Shown here one piece after another: positions 43,343 through 53,580 of a DNA stretch of 64,000 bases. This DNA comes from Oscillospiraceae bacterium. GTDB lineage: Bacteria; Bacillota; Clostridia; Oscillospirales; Oscillospiraceae. The stretch's first letter is position 1, and each line of letters opens with the position of its first letter. Location: contig JAZRVW010000037.1 of assembly GCA_045599385.1 (NCBI GenBank), positions 53-64,052 of the forward strand, read 5' to 3'. The translations under genes and the position numbers were made by a program. The notes under the pieces were generated by a model, which did no database searches, had not been told where the DNA came from, and saw only the letters and a program-made list of their open reading frames with translations.

Positions 43343-43777
43343 TCACTTGAGTCCGGACGAGCCGAAGCCGCCCTCTCCGCGTTCGGTTTCGTCAAGAGAT
43401 TGGGCTTCAACAAATTCGGTATCGAAAACGGGCTTTACCGTGAGCTGAGCAATACGCATGCCCTTTGTTATCTGAAAATCGGCATCGCTGTGGTTTATAA
43501 GAATAACCTTAACCTCGCCGCGATATCCCGCATCAACTGTTCCGGGAGCATTCAGAACGGTGATTCCGTTTTTTGCGGCAAGTCCGCTGCGGGGACGCAC
43601 CTGAGCCTCGGTTCCTTTGGGAAGCGCAATGCTTATGCCCGTGCCGACTGCGCCGTAGGCATGAGCCTTCAGCAGATAATCCTCGCAGGAGTAAAGGTCA
43701 AAGCACGCATCGTCCTCATGGGCGCGCTTCGGTGCCTGCGCATCGTCATTAAGCTTTATGAATTTTACAGTGTACAT
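43343..43777 (-). CDS. dut: dUTP diphosphatase
   Basis: Motifs AHEDDACFDL, PRSGLAAKNGITVLN, GTVDAGYRGE and C-terminal ERGEGGFGSSG. ATG 43777 lies 5 nt after GGAGG. Confidence 0.92.
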   Translation of the reverse strand: MYTVKFIKLNDDAQAPKRAHEDDACFDLYSCEDYLLKAHAYGAVGTGISIALPKGTEAQVRPRSGLAAKNGITVLNAPGTVDAGYRGEVKVILINHSDADFQITKGMRIAQLTVKPVFDTEFVEAQSLDETERGEGGFGSSGLK

Positions 43778-43900
43778 GGCTTCCTCCGAAAAAATTTCTG
43801 CTTCAAGTATAACCTGACAAAAGAAAATCTGCAAGCAAATGTGTTTCATTTTTTGTAAGTATGTGATATATTGGGTTTATCAAATATTCCGGAGGCAGCT

Positions 43901-44845
43901 ATGGATTTTTTAAGACTGCTTGAAAGCATACGTATGCCATGGCTGGACAGCATAATGTCCGCCGTTACAGAGCTTGGCAGCGAAACAGTTTTTATTGCAA
44001 TCGGCATCATTATTTTCTGGTGCGTCAGCAAGCGTCAGGGCTATTATCTTCTTACCGTCGGCTTTCTCGGAACGCTGGGAAACCAGTTTATGAAGCTATG
44101 GTTCCGCATTCCGCGTCCCTGGGTGCTTGACCCGAACTTCACCATCGTTGAATCCGCCCGTGCAGGCGCCACGGGTTATTCCTTCCCCTCGGGACACTCT
44201 CAGAGCGTTGTGGGAATTCTCGGTGTCGTCGCCCTCAGCAATAAGCAGAAGTGGCTTCGCGCACTGTGCATAGTGCTCATGCTCCTTGTTCCATTCTCGA
44301 GAATGTACCTGGGCGTACATACTCCCCTTGACGTTGGCGTGGGCGCAGGCGGCGCACTTCTGCTGGTTTTCCTCATGTACCCCATGTTCAAAACCGATGA
44401 GCGTGCCGACAAATTTACCCCCTGGGTAATCATTGTGCTTATTCTCTCTGCCGCTGCCTACCTCATTTTCTGCCTCTGCTACAATTTCCCCGCAGAAGTT
44501 TACAATGACCCCGACGAAAATCTCATTCACGGCACCAAGAACGCCTTCACCATTCTGGGCTCGGGTGTTGCTCTTCTTCTCGCTTTCTTTTTTGAAAAGA
44601 AATATGTTCGCTTTGAAACAAAGGCTACCTTCCTCGGCAACGTACTTAAGGTTGTGCTGGGTCTCGGTCTTCTCCTGGGTATCAGAGTCGTTCTCAAGGC
44701 TCCCCTGCTTGCGCTCTTTAACGGCAGCGAGATTGCCTCCGCGGTACGCTACTTCCTCGTTGTCTTCGTCGGCGGCGCAATCTGGCCCATGACCTTCCCG
44801 TTCTTCGCAAAGCTCGGTGCAAAAAAAGACTCTGAAAAGGTGTGA
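43901..44845 (+). CDS. PAP2-family phosphatase (membrane)
   Basis: KLWFRIPRP, PSGHS and SRMYLGVHTPLDV motifs. ATG 43901 lies behind GGAGG. Confidence 0.88.
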   Translation: MDFLRLLESIRMPWLDSIMSAVTELGSETVFIAIGIIIFWCVSKRQGYYLLTVGFLGTLGNQFMKLWFRIPRPWVLDPNFTIVESARAGATGYSFPSGHSQSVVGILGVVALSNKQKWLRALCIVLMLLVPFSRMYLGVHTPLDVGVGAGGALLLVFLMYPMFKTDERADKFTPWVIIVLILSAAAYLIFCLCYNFPAEVYNDPDENLIHGTKNAFTILGSGVALLLAFFFEKKYVRFETKATFLGNVLKVVLGLGLLLGIRVVLKAPLLALFNGSEIASAVRYFLVVFVGGAIWPMTFPFFAKLGAKKDSEKV

Positions 44846-44849
44846 GCTT

Positions 44850-45182
44850 ATGGCTATGAATTTCAAGGATATTTTTAACCGCCTTCACGAGAGCGGTGAG
44901 GGTACCATAAACATTCAGGACGTCATTCCCTCAAGCGGAAAAACCGTCTGGACCTTCGGCAGAAGCTCTGAGTGCGACTTTGTGTATCCCGTTGACAAGG
45001 TTTCGCGGACGCACTTTAAGATACAGCTTATTGACGGACACTACTACATCACCGACCTCGGCTCCACAAACGGCACCTTTGTAAACGGCAAGCCCGTTCT
45101 CCGCATGGAGCGCATATTCTCCGGCGATGTCATCAGCATGGGCTCAACCGATATTGTATTTGACGCCAATCTGCTTATATAA
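44850..45182 (+). CDS. stand-alone FHA-domain protein
   Basis: GRSSECDF..VSRTHF..DLGSTNGTFVNG FHA signature. Confidence 0.85.
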   Translation: MAMNFKDIFNRLHESGEGTINIQDVIPSSGKTVWTFGRSSECDFVYPVDKVSRTHFKIQLIDGHYYITDLGSTNGTFVNGKPVLRMERIFSGDVISMGSTDIVFDANLLI

Positions 45183-45183
45183 C

Positions 45184-45221
45184 GAAAAGACTGATTTGCT
45201 TTTGCAAATCAGTCTTTTTTT
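45184..45221. terminator. bidirectional terminator between convergent genes
   Basis: AGACTGATTTGCttttGCAAATCAGTCT stem flanked by an A-run and a T-run. Confidence 0.8.
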
Positions 45222-45859
45222 GTAAATATTCTCTTTTTCGCCATGATGATGCCCGTTGTGATGAGCGCAAGCTCCGCCGCAACGAAAACCCACACAAGCG
45301 GCTCGGTAAAGTCCAGCTTGTTTCCGATTACGGTGTAGCACAGAAACTGTGGAATCATGGCAAGCATGGTACCCGAGATGTAAACTCCGTAGGGCGCACG
45401 CATGAGTCCGTAGAGCACGCCCTGCACCTCAGACTGAAGGTGAAGCGCGTGGGTGATAAAGGAAAGCGTGAAGAAGTTTTCACCTGCATTGCGGAAATAG
45501 GGCGCAAGCTTCGGATTTTTCTCCATGACGCCCTCAAAGCTTATACCCTTTGAGTACCGTCCCACCAGATATGAGGCGGTCATGCACAGCACGGTACCGA
45601 CGGCGTTTATGAGTATTGCGGGACCGATTCCGAATACAAGCGCCGCGCCGATTGCGATTGCGGCATAGGGCACGCCGAAGGAAAAGCCCTTGAGCAGATA
45701 CAGCGCCATTATCACAATCAGGGCGGTGAGCTTGTTATCCCGCACGGCTGTTATTATTTTTTGCACATCAAGCCTTCCCGTAACAAGCAGAATCACCACC
45801 ACGGCGGCAATCCCGAGCATGATTACAAGAGGCAGATAGTTCTTTAATTTCTTACCCAT
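45209..45859 (-). CDS. TVP38/TMEM64 (VTT/DedA-related) family membrane protein
   Basis: Polytopic 216-aa protein with a VTT-like core (FGVPYAAIAIGAALVFG..YLVGRY). Confidence 0.65.
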   Translation of the reverse strand: MGKKLKNYLPLVIMLGIAAVVVILLVTGRLDVQKIITAVRDNKLTALIVIMALYLLKGFSFGVPYAAIAIGAALVFGIGPAILINAVGTVLCMTASYLVGRYSKGISFEGVMEKNPKLAPYFRNAGENFFTLSFITHALHLQSEVQGVLYGLMRAPYGVYISGTMLAMIPQFLCYTVIGNKLDFTEPLVWVFVAAELALITTGIIMAKKRIFTKKD

Positions 45860-46425
45860 TAAAAGCTCAGTATCTCCAGATGTTCAAGCAGTATCTTAAG
45901 GCCGATGAGAATAAGCACAATGCCGCCGAGAAGCTCAGCCTTTGACTTGTACTTCATTCCGAAAGCATTGCCCACCGCAACGCCGATTGCGGAAAGCACG
46001 AAGGTGGTTACGCCGATGAGCAGCGCAGCAGTGAAAATGTTCACGTTGAGGAATGCGAAGGTAATTCCCACGGCAAGCGCGTCAATGCTGGTGGCAACTG
46101 CCATGGGCAGCATAGCTCTGAAGCCGAAGGAGCTGTCAACCTCGTCATCGTCACCGCCAAGCGCTTCCTTTATCATGTTTGCGCCGATGATGCCGAGAAG
46201 GACGAAGGCAATCCAATGGTCAATGCTGACAATGAATTTTTCGAATTTGAAGCCCAGCAGGAAACCGATTACGGGCATGAGCGCCTGAAATCCGCCGAAG
46301 TATGCACCTGCTATAAGACTGTGCTTTACCTGAAGTCTGCTCACGGAAAGTCCCTTGCAGATTGAAACCGCAAATGCGTCCATGCTCAGCGCCACGGCAA
46401 TTAAAAACAAATCCAGAAAATCCAT
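45859..46425 (-). CDS. mntP: manganese efflux pump MntP
   Basis: Duplicated DUF204 repeats (LSMDAFAVS / TSIDALAVG), 188 aa. Confidence 0.88.
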   Translation of the reverse strand: MDFLDLFLIAVALSMDAFAVSICKGLSVSRLQVKHSLIAGAYFGGFQALMPVIGFLLGFKFEKFIVSIDHWIAFVLLGIIGANMIKEALGGDDDEVDSSFGFRAMLPMAVATSIDALAVGITFAFLNVNIFTAALLIGVTTFVLSAIGVAVGNAFGMKYKSKAELLGGIVLILIGLKILLEHLEILSF

Positions 46426-46619
46426 GTATTTCTCCCATCGTATGTTTGCAGAATTAAATTATACCAATACGCTCCTGCTGTCAAGTAATCCGCAGGGCTG
46501 TTTAATATTTAACCTTTGTTGTAAAAAGCTTTATTACATGATATATTAATGTAGTTGTCGTATATCGGCAGAAAATATATCTCCACTACACGCCAGTAGT
46601 GGGAAAGGAAGTAATTATA

Positions 46620-48044
46620 ATGAACAAAGCAGACAAAACAATGGACAAAATCGTTGCACTGTGCAAAAACCGCGGTTTTGTGTACGCAGGCAGTGAAATC
46701 TACGGCGGACTCGCAAACTCCTGGGACTACGGCCCTCTGGGTGTTGAGTTCAAGAACAACGTCAAGAAGGCATGGCTGAAAAAGTTCGTGCAGGAAAGCC
46801 CCTACAACGTGGGTCTTGACGCCGCCATCATCATGAATCCTCAGACCTGGGTCACCACCGGTCACGTTTCCAGCTTCTCCGATCCTCTGCTGGACTGCAA
46901 GGCCTGCAAGGCACGTCACCGCGCAGACAAGCTCATCGGCGAGGTTCACGGTGAAGTCAATGTCGACGCCATGAGCTTTGATGAAATGGACGACTTCATC
47001 GCATCGCACGAGGATATCCTCTGCCCCGTTTGCGGCAAGCACGACTTCACACCTATCCGCAAGTTCAACCTCATGTTCAAAACTGCCATCGGCGTTACCG
47101 AGGACTCAAGCTCCACCTGCTATCTCCGTCCCGAGACTGCCCAGGGCATTTTCGTAAACTTTGGAAATATCGCACGTACCACCCGCAAAAAGCTGCCCTT
47201 CGGCGTTTGCCAGGTAGGCAAAGCCTTCCGCAATGAGATCACCCCGGGCAACTTCACCTTCCGCACCCGTGAATTTGAGCAGATGGAATGCGAGTTTTTC
47301 TGCAAGCCCGGCACCGACCTTGAGTGGTTTGCCTACTGGAAAGACTACTGCAAAAACTGGCTGCTTTCTCTCGGCATCAAGGAGGAAAACCTCCGTCTGC
47401 GCGACCATGAGCCTGCAGAGCTTGCCTTCTACTCCCGCGCAACCACCGATATTGAATACGCCTTCCCGTTCACTGACTGGGGTGAGCTCTGGGGCATCGC
47501 AGACCGCACCGATTACGACCTCGGTCGTCATCAGGAGGCCTCCGGCAAGGATCTGACCTACTTCGACCAGGAGACTAATGAGCACTACATTCCCTACGTA
47601 ATCGAGCCCTCTCTGGGCTGTGACCGTGTTGCTCTGGCCTTCCTCTGCGAAGCTTACGACGAGGAGGTCGTCGGTCACGACAAGAAGGGCAACGATGATG
47701 TACGCACCGTTCTGCACCTGCATCCCGCTCTTGCTCCCTTCAAGTGCGCAATCCTGCCCCTTTCCAAGAAGGAAATTCTCACCGGTCCCGCAATGGAGCT
47801 TTATCAGGAGCTGAGCAAGTACTTCATGGTTGACTATGACGAAACCGGCTCCATCGGCAAGCGCTACCGCCGTGAAGATGAAATCGGCACTCCCTTCTGC
47901 ATCACCTTTGACTTCAACACCGTGGGCACCGATACCGACGTTGCCGACAACTGCGTAACCATTCGTGAGCGCGACAGCATGGAGCAGGTTCGTATTCCCA
48001 TCTCCGAGGTCAAGGCGTATATCGAAGAGCGCGTTCAGTTCTGA
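46620..48044 (+). CDS. glyQS: glycine--tRNA ligase (alpha2 type)
   Basis: [16 protein letters not shown]-terminus and class II motifs ([21 protein letters not shown]). ATG 46620 lies behind GGAAAGGAAG. Confidence 0.93.
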   Translation: MNKADKTMDKIVALCKNRGFVYAGSEIYGGLANSWDYGPLGVEFKNNVKKAWLKKFVQESPYNVGLDAAIIMNPQTWVTTGHVSSFSDPLLDCKACKARHRADKLIGEVHGEVNVDAMSFDEMDDFIASHEDILCPVCGKHDFTPIRKFNLMFKTAIGVTEDSSSTCYLRPETAQGIFVNFGNIARTTRKKLPFGVCQVGKAFRNEITPGNFTFRTREFEQMECEFFCKPGTDLEWFAYWKDYCKNWLLSLGIKEENLRLRDHEPAELAFYSRATTDIEYAFPFTDWGELWGIADRTDYDLGRHQEASGKDLTYFDQETNEHYIPYVIEPSLGCDRVALAFLCEAYDEEVVGHDKKGNDDVRTVLHLHPALAPFKCAILPLSKKEILTGPAMELYQELSKYFMVDYDETGSIGKRYRREDEIGTPFCITFDFNTVGTDTDVADNCVTIRERDSMEQVRIPISEVKAYIEERVQF

Positions 48045-48047
48045 GTT

Positions 48048-48389
48048 ATGACAGGTCAGGAATTCGTTAAAAAAATCGGTCCGGTGGGCTGTGTCATATT
48101 CCTGCTGATAACCGTTGGATTTTTAATAATATGCTTCAAGCCCGCCACCCATTCCGTTGAGGGCTATGAGGCGCCTCACGATTCGGATTACTACGCTCAG
48201 CACATTGACGAGCTGAAAACCGAGCTTGAGGGAAATTTCATTCCGCTTGTTGAGGGCGTGACCGGCTGTGCGCTTGAGGGCAGTCAGGTCAGGCTCAGCA
48301 TTCAGGAGGAAAACTTTCCCGATGTCGTAAACGGAATCACATATTACTACGATAAAGAATTATTTATTTTTGAAAAGGTGACTAAATAA
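48048..48389 (+). CDS. hypothetical membrane-anchored protein
   Basis: One N-terminal TM (VGCVIFLLITVGFLIICF). Tightly packed between glyQS and nadE, with a TAATG junction. Confidence 0.6.
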   Translation: MTGQEFVKKIGPVGCVIFLLITVGFLIICFKPATHSVEGYEAPHDSDYYAQHIDELKTELEGNFIPLVEGVTGCALEGSQVRLSIQEENFPDVVNGITYYYDKELFIFEKVTK

Positions 48390-50272
48390 TGAAAGACGGA
48401 TTTATCAAGGTAGCCGCTGCTTCCCCCATGATAAAGGTCGCAGACACCGACTACAATGCCGACCGCGTCATTGAGTGCATCAAGGACGCCGAGGCAAAGG
48501 GCGTTAAGCTCATCGTATTTCCCGAGCTGACCCTCACGGGCTGCTCCTGCTATGATCTTTTCCAGCACAGAACTATCCTCAAGGGTGCTGAAAAGGCACT
48601 GGACAAGGTCGTTGCCGCCACCGAAGGCATGGACGTCATGGCCATCGTAGGTCTGCCCTACGCAATTGACGGCACGGCGCTTTACAGCGTTGCCGCTGTT
48701 GTTTACAACGGCGAGCTGCTGGGCATGGTGCCACGCACCGAGGTCAGCGGCACAAAATTCCAGAGCTGCTCCGACGGAACAGGCTTTGCCAATAATAAAG
48801 ACGCGATCATCACCTCACGTCTGGTATTCGTTCACAGCGAAATTCCCGAGCTGAAGGTCGCGGTGGAACTGGGCAATGACGCAAATGCCATCTGCGCCCC
48901 CGTAAACAAGGCCGTTCTGAACGGTGCAACCGTTATCGCATCTCTTGCCTCCTTCCCCGCAACTGTTTCCAGCACCGACGACGCCATGCAGAGCCTTAAG
49001 TTCCGTTCCAAGAATCTCATGGCAGGCATCGTCATGGCGGCTCCCGGCAAGGGCGAAAGCTCCACGGACAACGTTTTCAGCGGTCTGTGCGCAGTAGCCG
49101 AAAACGGCGTTATCCTCGCCGCAGAGGAAAAGGAAAACAGCCTTGCAATTTCCGAGATCGACGTTGAATATCTCTGCAATATGCGCCGCAAGAGCGGTCA
49201 GTTTACAGGGCTTCACAATCCCGTCGAATCCCTCACTGCCTACTGGGGCGGTGAACTTACCGACACCGTGCTTACCCGCACCTACCGCAAGCTTCCCCAG
49301 CTTCCCGAGTTTGAGAAGGACATGGGTAAGTATTGCCGACGCATGATTGACATTCAGGTTTCCGCCCTTGTAAAGCGCATGACCTACGCAGGTCTTGACC
49401 ACTGCGTTGTGGGCATCTCCGGAGGTGTTGACAGCACTCTCTGCGTTATGATATGCGCAATGGCAATGAAGAAGATGGGCCTGCCCAGCACCAACGTTGT
49501 TGCCTGCACTCTGCCCTGCTTCGGCACCTCCAGCCGCACCAAGTCTAACGCAATCATCGTTGCGGAGCAGGTTGGCGCCGAGGTTCGCGTAATCGATATC
49601 GGCGAAAGTGTATACAAGCACTTTGACGACATCGGCCACGCACACGACGACTACTCCATTGCCTTCGAAAACGCACAGGCACGTGAGCGCACCCAGGTGC
49701 TCATGGACATTGCCAACAAGGTAAACGGCCTTGACGTAGGCACCGAGGATCTCTCCGAGTTTGTTGACGGCTGGTGCACCTACAACGGCGACCACACCTC
49801 CATGTACGACGTTAACATGGGTCTTACCAAGACTCAGGTACGCGCAAACGTGCGCTACATCGCACAGAAGACCGAGGACAAGGTGCTTGCCGATGCTCTG
49901 TGGGACGTTCTGGACTGCCCCGTAACTCCCGAGCTTCTGCCCATCACCAACGATGAAATCGAGCAGAAGAGCGAGGAAAACGTAGGCTCCTACTCCCTGC
50001 AGGACTTCTTCACCCACAAGATTGCAATCTGCGGCTTCTCCCCCGCAAAGACTCTGCGCCTTGCAAAGCTTACCTGGAGCGACGAGTTCTCCGACGAGGA
50101 GCTTGTGAAGTGGCTCACAAGCTACTGCAAGCGCTTCTTCAGCCAGCAGTTCAAGCGCAGCTGCCTCATGGACGGTCCCGCAGTCGAGGACTTCTCCGTT
50201 TCCCCCAGAAACGGCTTCCTTATCCCCTCCGATGCGGAAAACACCCTTTTCCTCAAGAGCATCGAGGAATAA
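48389..50272 (+). CDS. nadE: glutamine-dependent NAD+ synthetase
   Basis: N-terminal CN-hydrolase domain (LIVFPELTLTGCSC) and C-terminal PP-loop synthetase (GISGGVDST). Confidence 0.92.
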   Translation: MKDGFIKVAAASPMIKVADTDYNADRVIECIKDAEAKGVKLIVFPELTLTGCSCYDLFQHRTILKGAEKALDKVVAATEGMDVMAIVGLPYAIDGTALYSVAAVVYNGELLGMVPRTEVSGTKFQSCSDGTGFANNKDAIITSRLVFVHSEIPELKVAVELGNDANAICAPVNKAVLNGATVIASLASFPATVSSTDDAMQSLKFRSKNLMAGIVMAAPGKGESSTDNVFSGLCAVAENGVILAAEEKENSLAISEIDVEYLCNMRRKSGQFTGLHNPVESLTAYWGGELTDTVLTRTYRKLPQLPEFEKDMGKYCRRMIDIQVSALVKRMTYAGLDHCVVGISGGVDSTLCVMICAMAMKKMGLPSTNVVACTLPCFGTSSRTKSNAIIVAEQVGAEVRVIDIGESVYKHFDDIGHAHDDYSIAFENAQARERTQVLMDIANKVNGLDVGTEDLSEFVDGWCTYNGDHTSMYDVNMGLTKTQVRANVRYIAQKTEDKVLADALWDVLDCPVTPELLPITNDEIEQKSEENVGSYSLQDFFTHKIAICGFSPAKTLRLAKLTWSDEFSDEELVKWLTSYCKRFFSQQFKRSCLMDGPAVEDFSVSPRNGFLIPSDAENTLFLKSIEE

Positions 50273-50315
50273 TAAAATACGAAAAAAATACACCCTGCAA
50301 CAGCAGGGTGTATTT

Positions 50316-51065
50316 TTATTTATAGATTTCCGCATTAACGAAGATGCGGTCTTTTCGGCTCCTTCCGCCCTCGGCACCAACGACTCCCTTTCCGCAGCCG
50401 CGGAGCGAGATAACATCGCCCTCATGCACGGGGGCATCGGTCTTCATGCACTGGGAATAGTTGAGGCTGGCATCTCCTGCGGAGATATAGCCCGCGGCGC
50501 TTGTGCGGGAGAGACCAAACATTCCCGCAACCACCGCGTCAAAGCGCAGAGATTTCACCGAAAAGCTCACGTGCTTCACCTTGCGCTCGGGTGCCGTGAG
50601 CTCTGAAAGGGAGATTTTGCTCATCTTCACGCCGTATCGCCCTACTTTGTCGAGGCTGTCCAGCAGATGACGCTCCACGGAGGGCAGGCAGAAAATTTCC
50701 GCCGTGTCGCCCTTTACCCATATATCACCCAGCCATTCACGCTTTATGCCGAGACCGAGTATTGCGCCCATATAGTCGCGGTGGCCCGGCTCACCGAAGC
50801 CCGCTTTTGCACGCAGGACTACTATGTTATCCGAGGTAGTGATTTCCTCCTTTTCCGCATAAAATGGCAGGAAGAAGGCCACCTTGCGCTCGCACTCCTC
50901 ATGACCTCCGAACAGCAGCATATTGCAGTCTGGAGTGTATTTTGCCCACTGCAAAAGCGCATACTGCTCCGCGGGTGTGAGAAAATTCGTATGGGTGACG
51001 GTGGACTGCTTTTCGCATCTTGCGCGCAAATCCTCCGCACGTTTTAAAAGCTCATCGTTTTCCAT
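50316..51065 (-). CDS. ylmH: YlmH-type RNA-binding S4-domain protein
   Basis: Collinear with B. subtilis YlmH (HRDYMGAILGLGIKRE, SLRFDAVVAG, GDVISLRGCGK). Its start overlaps the upstream GTPase-NYN gene by 14 nt. Confidence 0.85.
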   Translation of the reverse strand: MENDELLKRAEDLRARCEKQSTVTHTNFLTPAEQYALLQWAKYTPDCNMLLFGGHEECERKVAFFLPFYAEKEEITTSDNIVVLRAKAGFGEPGHRDYMGAILGLGIKREWLGDIWVKGDTAEIFCLPSVERHLLDSLDKVGRYGVKMSKISLSELTAPERKVKHVSFSVKSLRFDAVVAGMFGLSRTSAAGYISAGDASLNYSQCMKTDAPVHEGDVISLRGCGKGVVGAEGGRSRKDRIFVNAEIYK

Positions 51066-53568
51066 CTGTATATTCCGATATCTGTTCCAGAGTATATTTG
51101 AGTTCGTTTACAAATTCGCCGCTTGACATACGCAGAACGCCGCTTCGCAGAGCCGAAAGGCGAATGAGTGAGTCGTTTGTCACAACGCGCACGGCATAGT
51201 TTTTGCCGATGTCATTGGCAAGCTTTTCGATGTACATATCGCCCGTTTCGTTTTCCTTTGTATAGACAACGTGCACCTTTCCGCTGTCGAACTTTTCACC
51301 CATATTGCCCTGCACCTTGTAGCCGTCGAAAACAAGCACAAGCTCACAGTCCCTGAAGCCGCGGTAGCTTCGCAGCATATCAAGAAGCTTTTCTCTCGCA
51401 TCGTCAAGGCTGCGCTTTGCCGTTTCCTTTAAATCGTCCCAGCCGAAAATGACATTGTAGCCGTCGATGATGAGGTATTCACGCTTTGAGGGCGCGACAA
51501 GGTAATCACCGCTTTGCACGCTTGCGGGTTTTGAGTATTCCCGTCTGCGTATTGGACCGAATTCCCGCTCCATTATGGCTTCAAGCTCTTTATCGTCGAT
51601 GCTGAAATTCCTCGGGCGGTGAACGGGCGCGGCTTCCTTTACTCTGCCGAAGCCCGTGTCGATGTGCATATAGCTTTCGACCTCACTCCACTTAATATTC
51701 ACTCCTGCACCGTGGGAGCAGAAGACGGAGTCGGGGGTGTTTTCAAGGTCGGCTTCGGGATTATAGGCAAGCTCCTCAACGACCTTTTCCGCGTTGTGAC
51801 AGGGATAGTAGCCGTCAAGACGGCAGGAAATTCTGCCTTTGCCGTGGGAACAGCCCATAAGAAGCGAGGCATAGCCGTTCATCTCCGAAACGGGCGCAAG
51901 TCCGAACACAACGGAGTTTCCGTTTGCGTCGGTTTCCGTATCGAAGCTTCCGCTCATGGCGCGCACATCGCTTATGACGCGTCCTATGAGCTCGGGAGGA
52001 ACTTCTATGCGGAATGAATACCATGGCTCAAGAAGAATGCTCTCCGCCTTCATAAGTCCCTGACGCACGCCGCGGTAAACAGCCTGACGGAAATCTCCGC
52101 CCTCTGTATGCTTTGGGTGGGCTCTGCCCGCGATGAGCGTTATTTTCATGTCCGTAATCGGCGAACCCGTCAGTACTCCGAGATGCTTTTTCTCGTAAAG
52201 ATGCGTCAGAATGAGATTCTGCCAGTTGCGGTCAAGCTCGTCCTCGGGGCAGTCGGAACAGAACACAAGACCCGCTCCCCTCTCCAGAGGTTCAAGGGCA
52301 AAATGCACCTCGGCATAGTGGCGCAGAGGCTCAAAATGACCCACGCCCTCCACGGCACCTCCGATTGTTTCGCGGTACATAATTCCGCCGTGGTCGATGC
52401 TCACGTCCATGTCAAAGCGCTCTCTGATAATGTCCGTGAGTATCTCCGTCTGCACCTCGCCCATGAGCTGAATGCGTATTTCCCGAAGCTGTTCGTTCCA
52501 CACAAGGCGCAGAAGCGGGTCCTCGTCCTCAAGCACACGGAGCTTCTGAAGGGCTGTGCGTGGGTCGCTGCCCTTCGGCAGATTGACGCGGTAGGCAAGC
52601 ACGGGCTCAAGCTCGGGGCTGTCGCCGTTTTCCTCAAAGCCGAGGCCCTGACCGATATAGGTTTCCGAAAGTCCCTGCACGGCGCAGACGGTGCCTGCCG
52701 TGACCTCCTCGGCGCTTTCATACTTCGCGCCCGAATATATTCTGATGCCGTTTATTTTTTCCTCAACTGGCTTTCCGTTTCTGTCAGGATACCTCAGGGT
52801 GCTTTTTATTTTCAGACTGCCGCCCGTTATCTTCATGCAGGTGAGGCGGTTGCCCTGATTATCCCGCATCATTTTATAAACTCTCGCGCCGAAGACCTCG
52901 GGGTACGCAGGCTCGGCGGTGTAGTTTTCAAGGCACTCTATAAGGCTGTCCACGCCATCAAGCTTAAGTCCCGAACCAAAGAGCATGGGAAAAAGCTTTC
53001 TTTCGCGGATAAGCCGCGTTATATCGGCATTGGAAACGGTGCCGCTTTCCATATAACTCTCCAGCGCCTCATCATCGCACATGGCGATGCTTTCCGTATC
53101 GGAAAGCTCCGTGCAGCGTCCGTCAAGCCGCGTCTTTATATCCGCAAGGACAGCCGCTTTATCGCAGGTATCTATGTCCATCTTTGTTACAAACACAAAG
53201 GTCGGAACATTATGCTTTTGCAGCAGACGCCACAGAGTTTCCGTGTGGGCCTGCACGCCGTCGGTGCCCGAAATCACAAGCAGGGCGTAGTCCAGCACCT
53301 GCAATGTGCGCTCCGTTTCCGCGGAGAAGTCAACGTGCCCCGGCGTGTCAAGGAGGCACAGCTCCATTTGGTCGGTACGGAGCTGCGCCTGCTTTGAAAA
53401 TATGGTTATTCCCCTCTGACGCTCAAGCTCGTGGGTGTCAAGGGCGGTGTCGCGGTGGTCAACTCTGCCGAGCTTACGGATACTTCCGCAGGCATACAGC
53501 AAAGCCTCGGATAAGGTGGTCTTGCCCGCGTCCACATGGGCAAGCACACCGAGTACAAGTTTTTTCAT
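51052..53568 (-). CDS. TetM/EF-G-like translational GTPase fused to a C-terminal Rae1/YacP-type NYN ribonuclease domain
   Basis: G motifs AHVDAGKTT, RGITI, DTPGH and TKMD, with domains II-V collinear with TetM to about aa 640. The C-terminal ~150 aa match YacP/Rae1 motifs (IIDGYNVIFGW, LVFDGYK, YTKENETGDMYIEKLA, VVTNDS). GAGGA SD present. Confidence 0.85.
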   Translation of the reverse strand: MKKLVLGVLAHVDAGKTTLSEALLYACGSIRKLGRVDHRDTALDTHELERQRGITIFSKQAQLRTDQMELCLLDTPGHVDFSAETERTLQVLDYALLVISGTDGVQAHTETLWRLLQKHNVPTFVFVTKMDIDTCDKAAVLADIKTRLDGRCTELSDTESIAMCDDEALESYMESGTVSNADITRLIRERKLFPMLFGSGLKLDGVDSLIECLENYTAEPAYPEVFGARVYKMMRDNQGNRLTCMKITGGSLKIKSTLRYPDRNGKPVEEKINGIRIYSGAKYESAEEVTAGTVCAVQGLSETYIGQGLGFEENGDSPELEPVLAYRVNLPKGSDPRTALQKLRVLEDEDPLLRLVWNEQLREIRIQLMGEVQTEILTDIIRERFDMDVSIDHGGIMYRETIGGAVEGVGHFEPLRHYAEVHFALEPLERGAGLVFCSDCPEDELDRNWQNLILTHLYEKKHLGVLTGSPITDMKITLIAGRAHPKHTEGGDFRQAVYRGVRQGLMKAESILLEPWYSFRIEVPPELIGRVISDVRAMSGSFDTETDANGNSVVFGLAPVSEMNGYASLLMGCSHGKGRISCRLDGYYPCHNAEKVVEELAYNPEADLENTPDSVFCSHGAGVNIKWSEVESYMHIDTGFGRVKEAAPVHRPRNFSIDDKELEAIMEREFGPIRRREYSKPASVQSGDYLVAPSKREYLIIDGYNVIFGWDDLKETAKRSLDDAREKLLDMLRSYRGFRDCELVLVFDGYKVQGNMGEKFDSGKVHVVYTKENETGDMYIEKLANDIGKNYAVRVVTNDSLIRLSALRSGVLRMSSGEFVNELKYTLEQISEYTDGKR

Positions 53569-53580
53569 TTGCTTATCCTC

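Noticed and set aside
46426-46619. Expected T-box leader upstream of glyQS and yybP-ykoY Mn riboswitch upstream of mntP.
   Set aside because: There is no T-box sequence (no GGTGGTACCGCG-like motif) and no specifier/antiterminator architecture. The mntP leader is only about 30 nt after a TTGACA/TATAAT promoter. The 194-bp spacer is fully accounted for by two divergent promoters and one small hairpin.
51052-53568. Calling the GTPase a tet(M)/tet(O)-type tetracycline-resistance ribosomal protection gene.
   Set aside because: The similarity is at the family/architecture level only. The protein carries an extra NYN nuclease domain and sits in a housekeeping context coupled to ylmH, with no mobile-element hallmarks. 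A resistance call would be unsupported.
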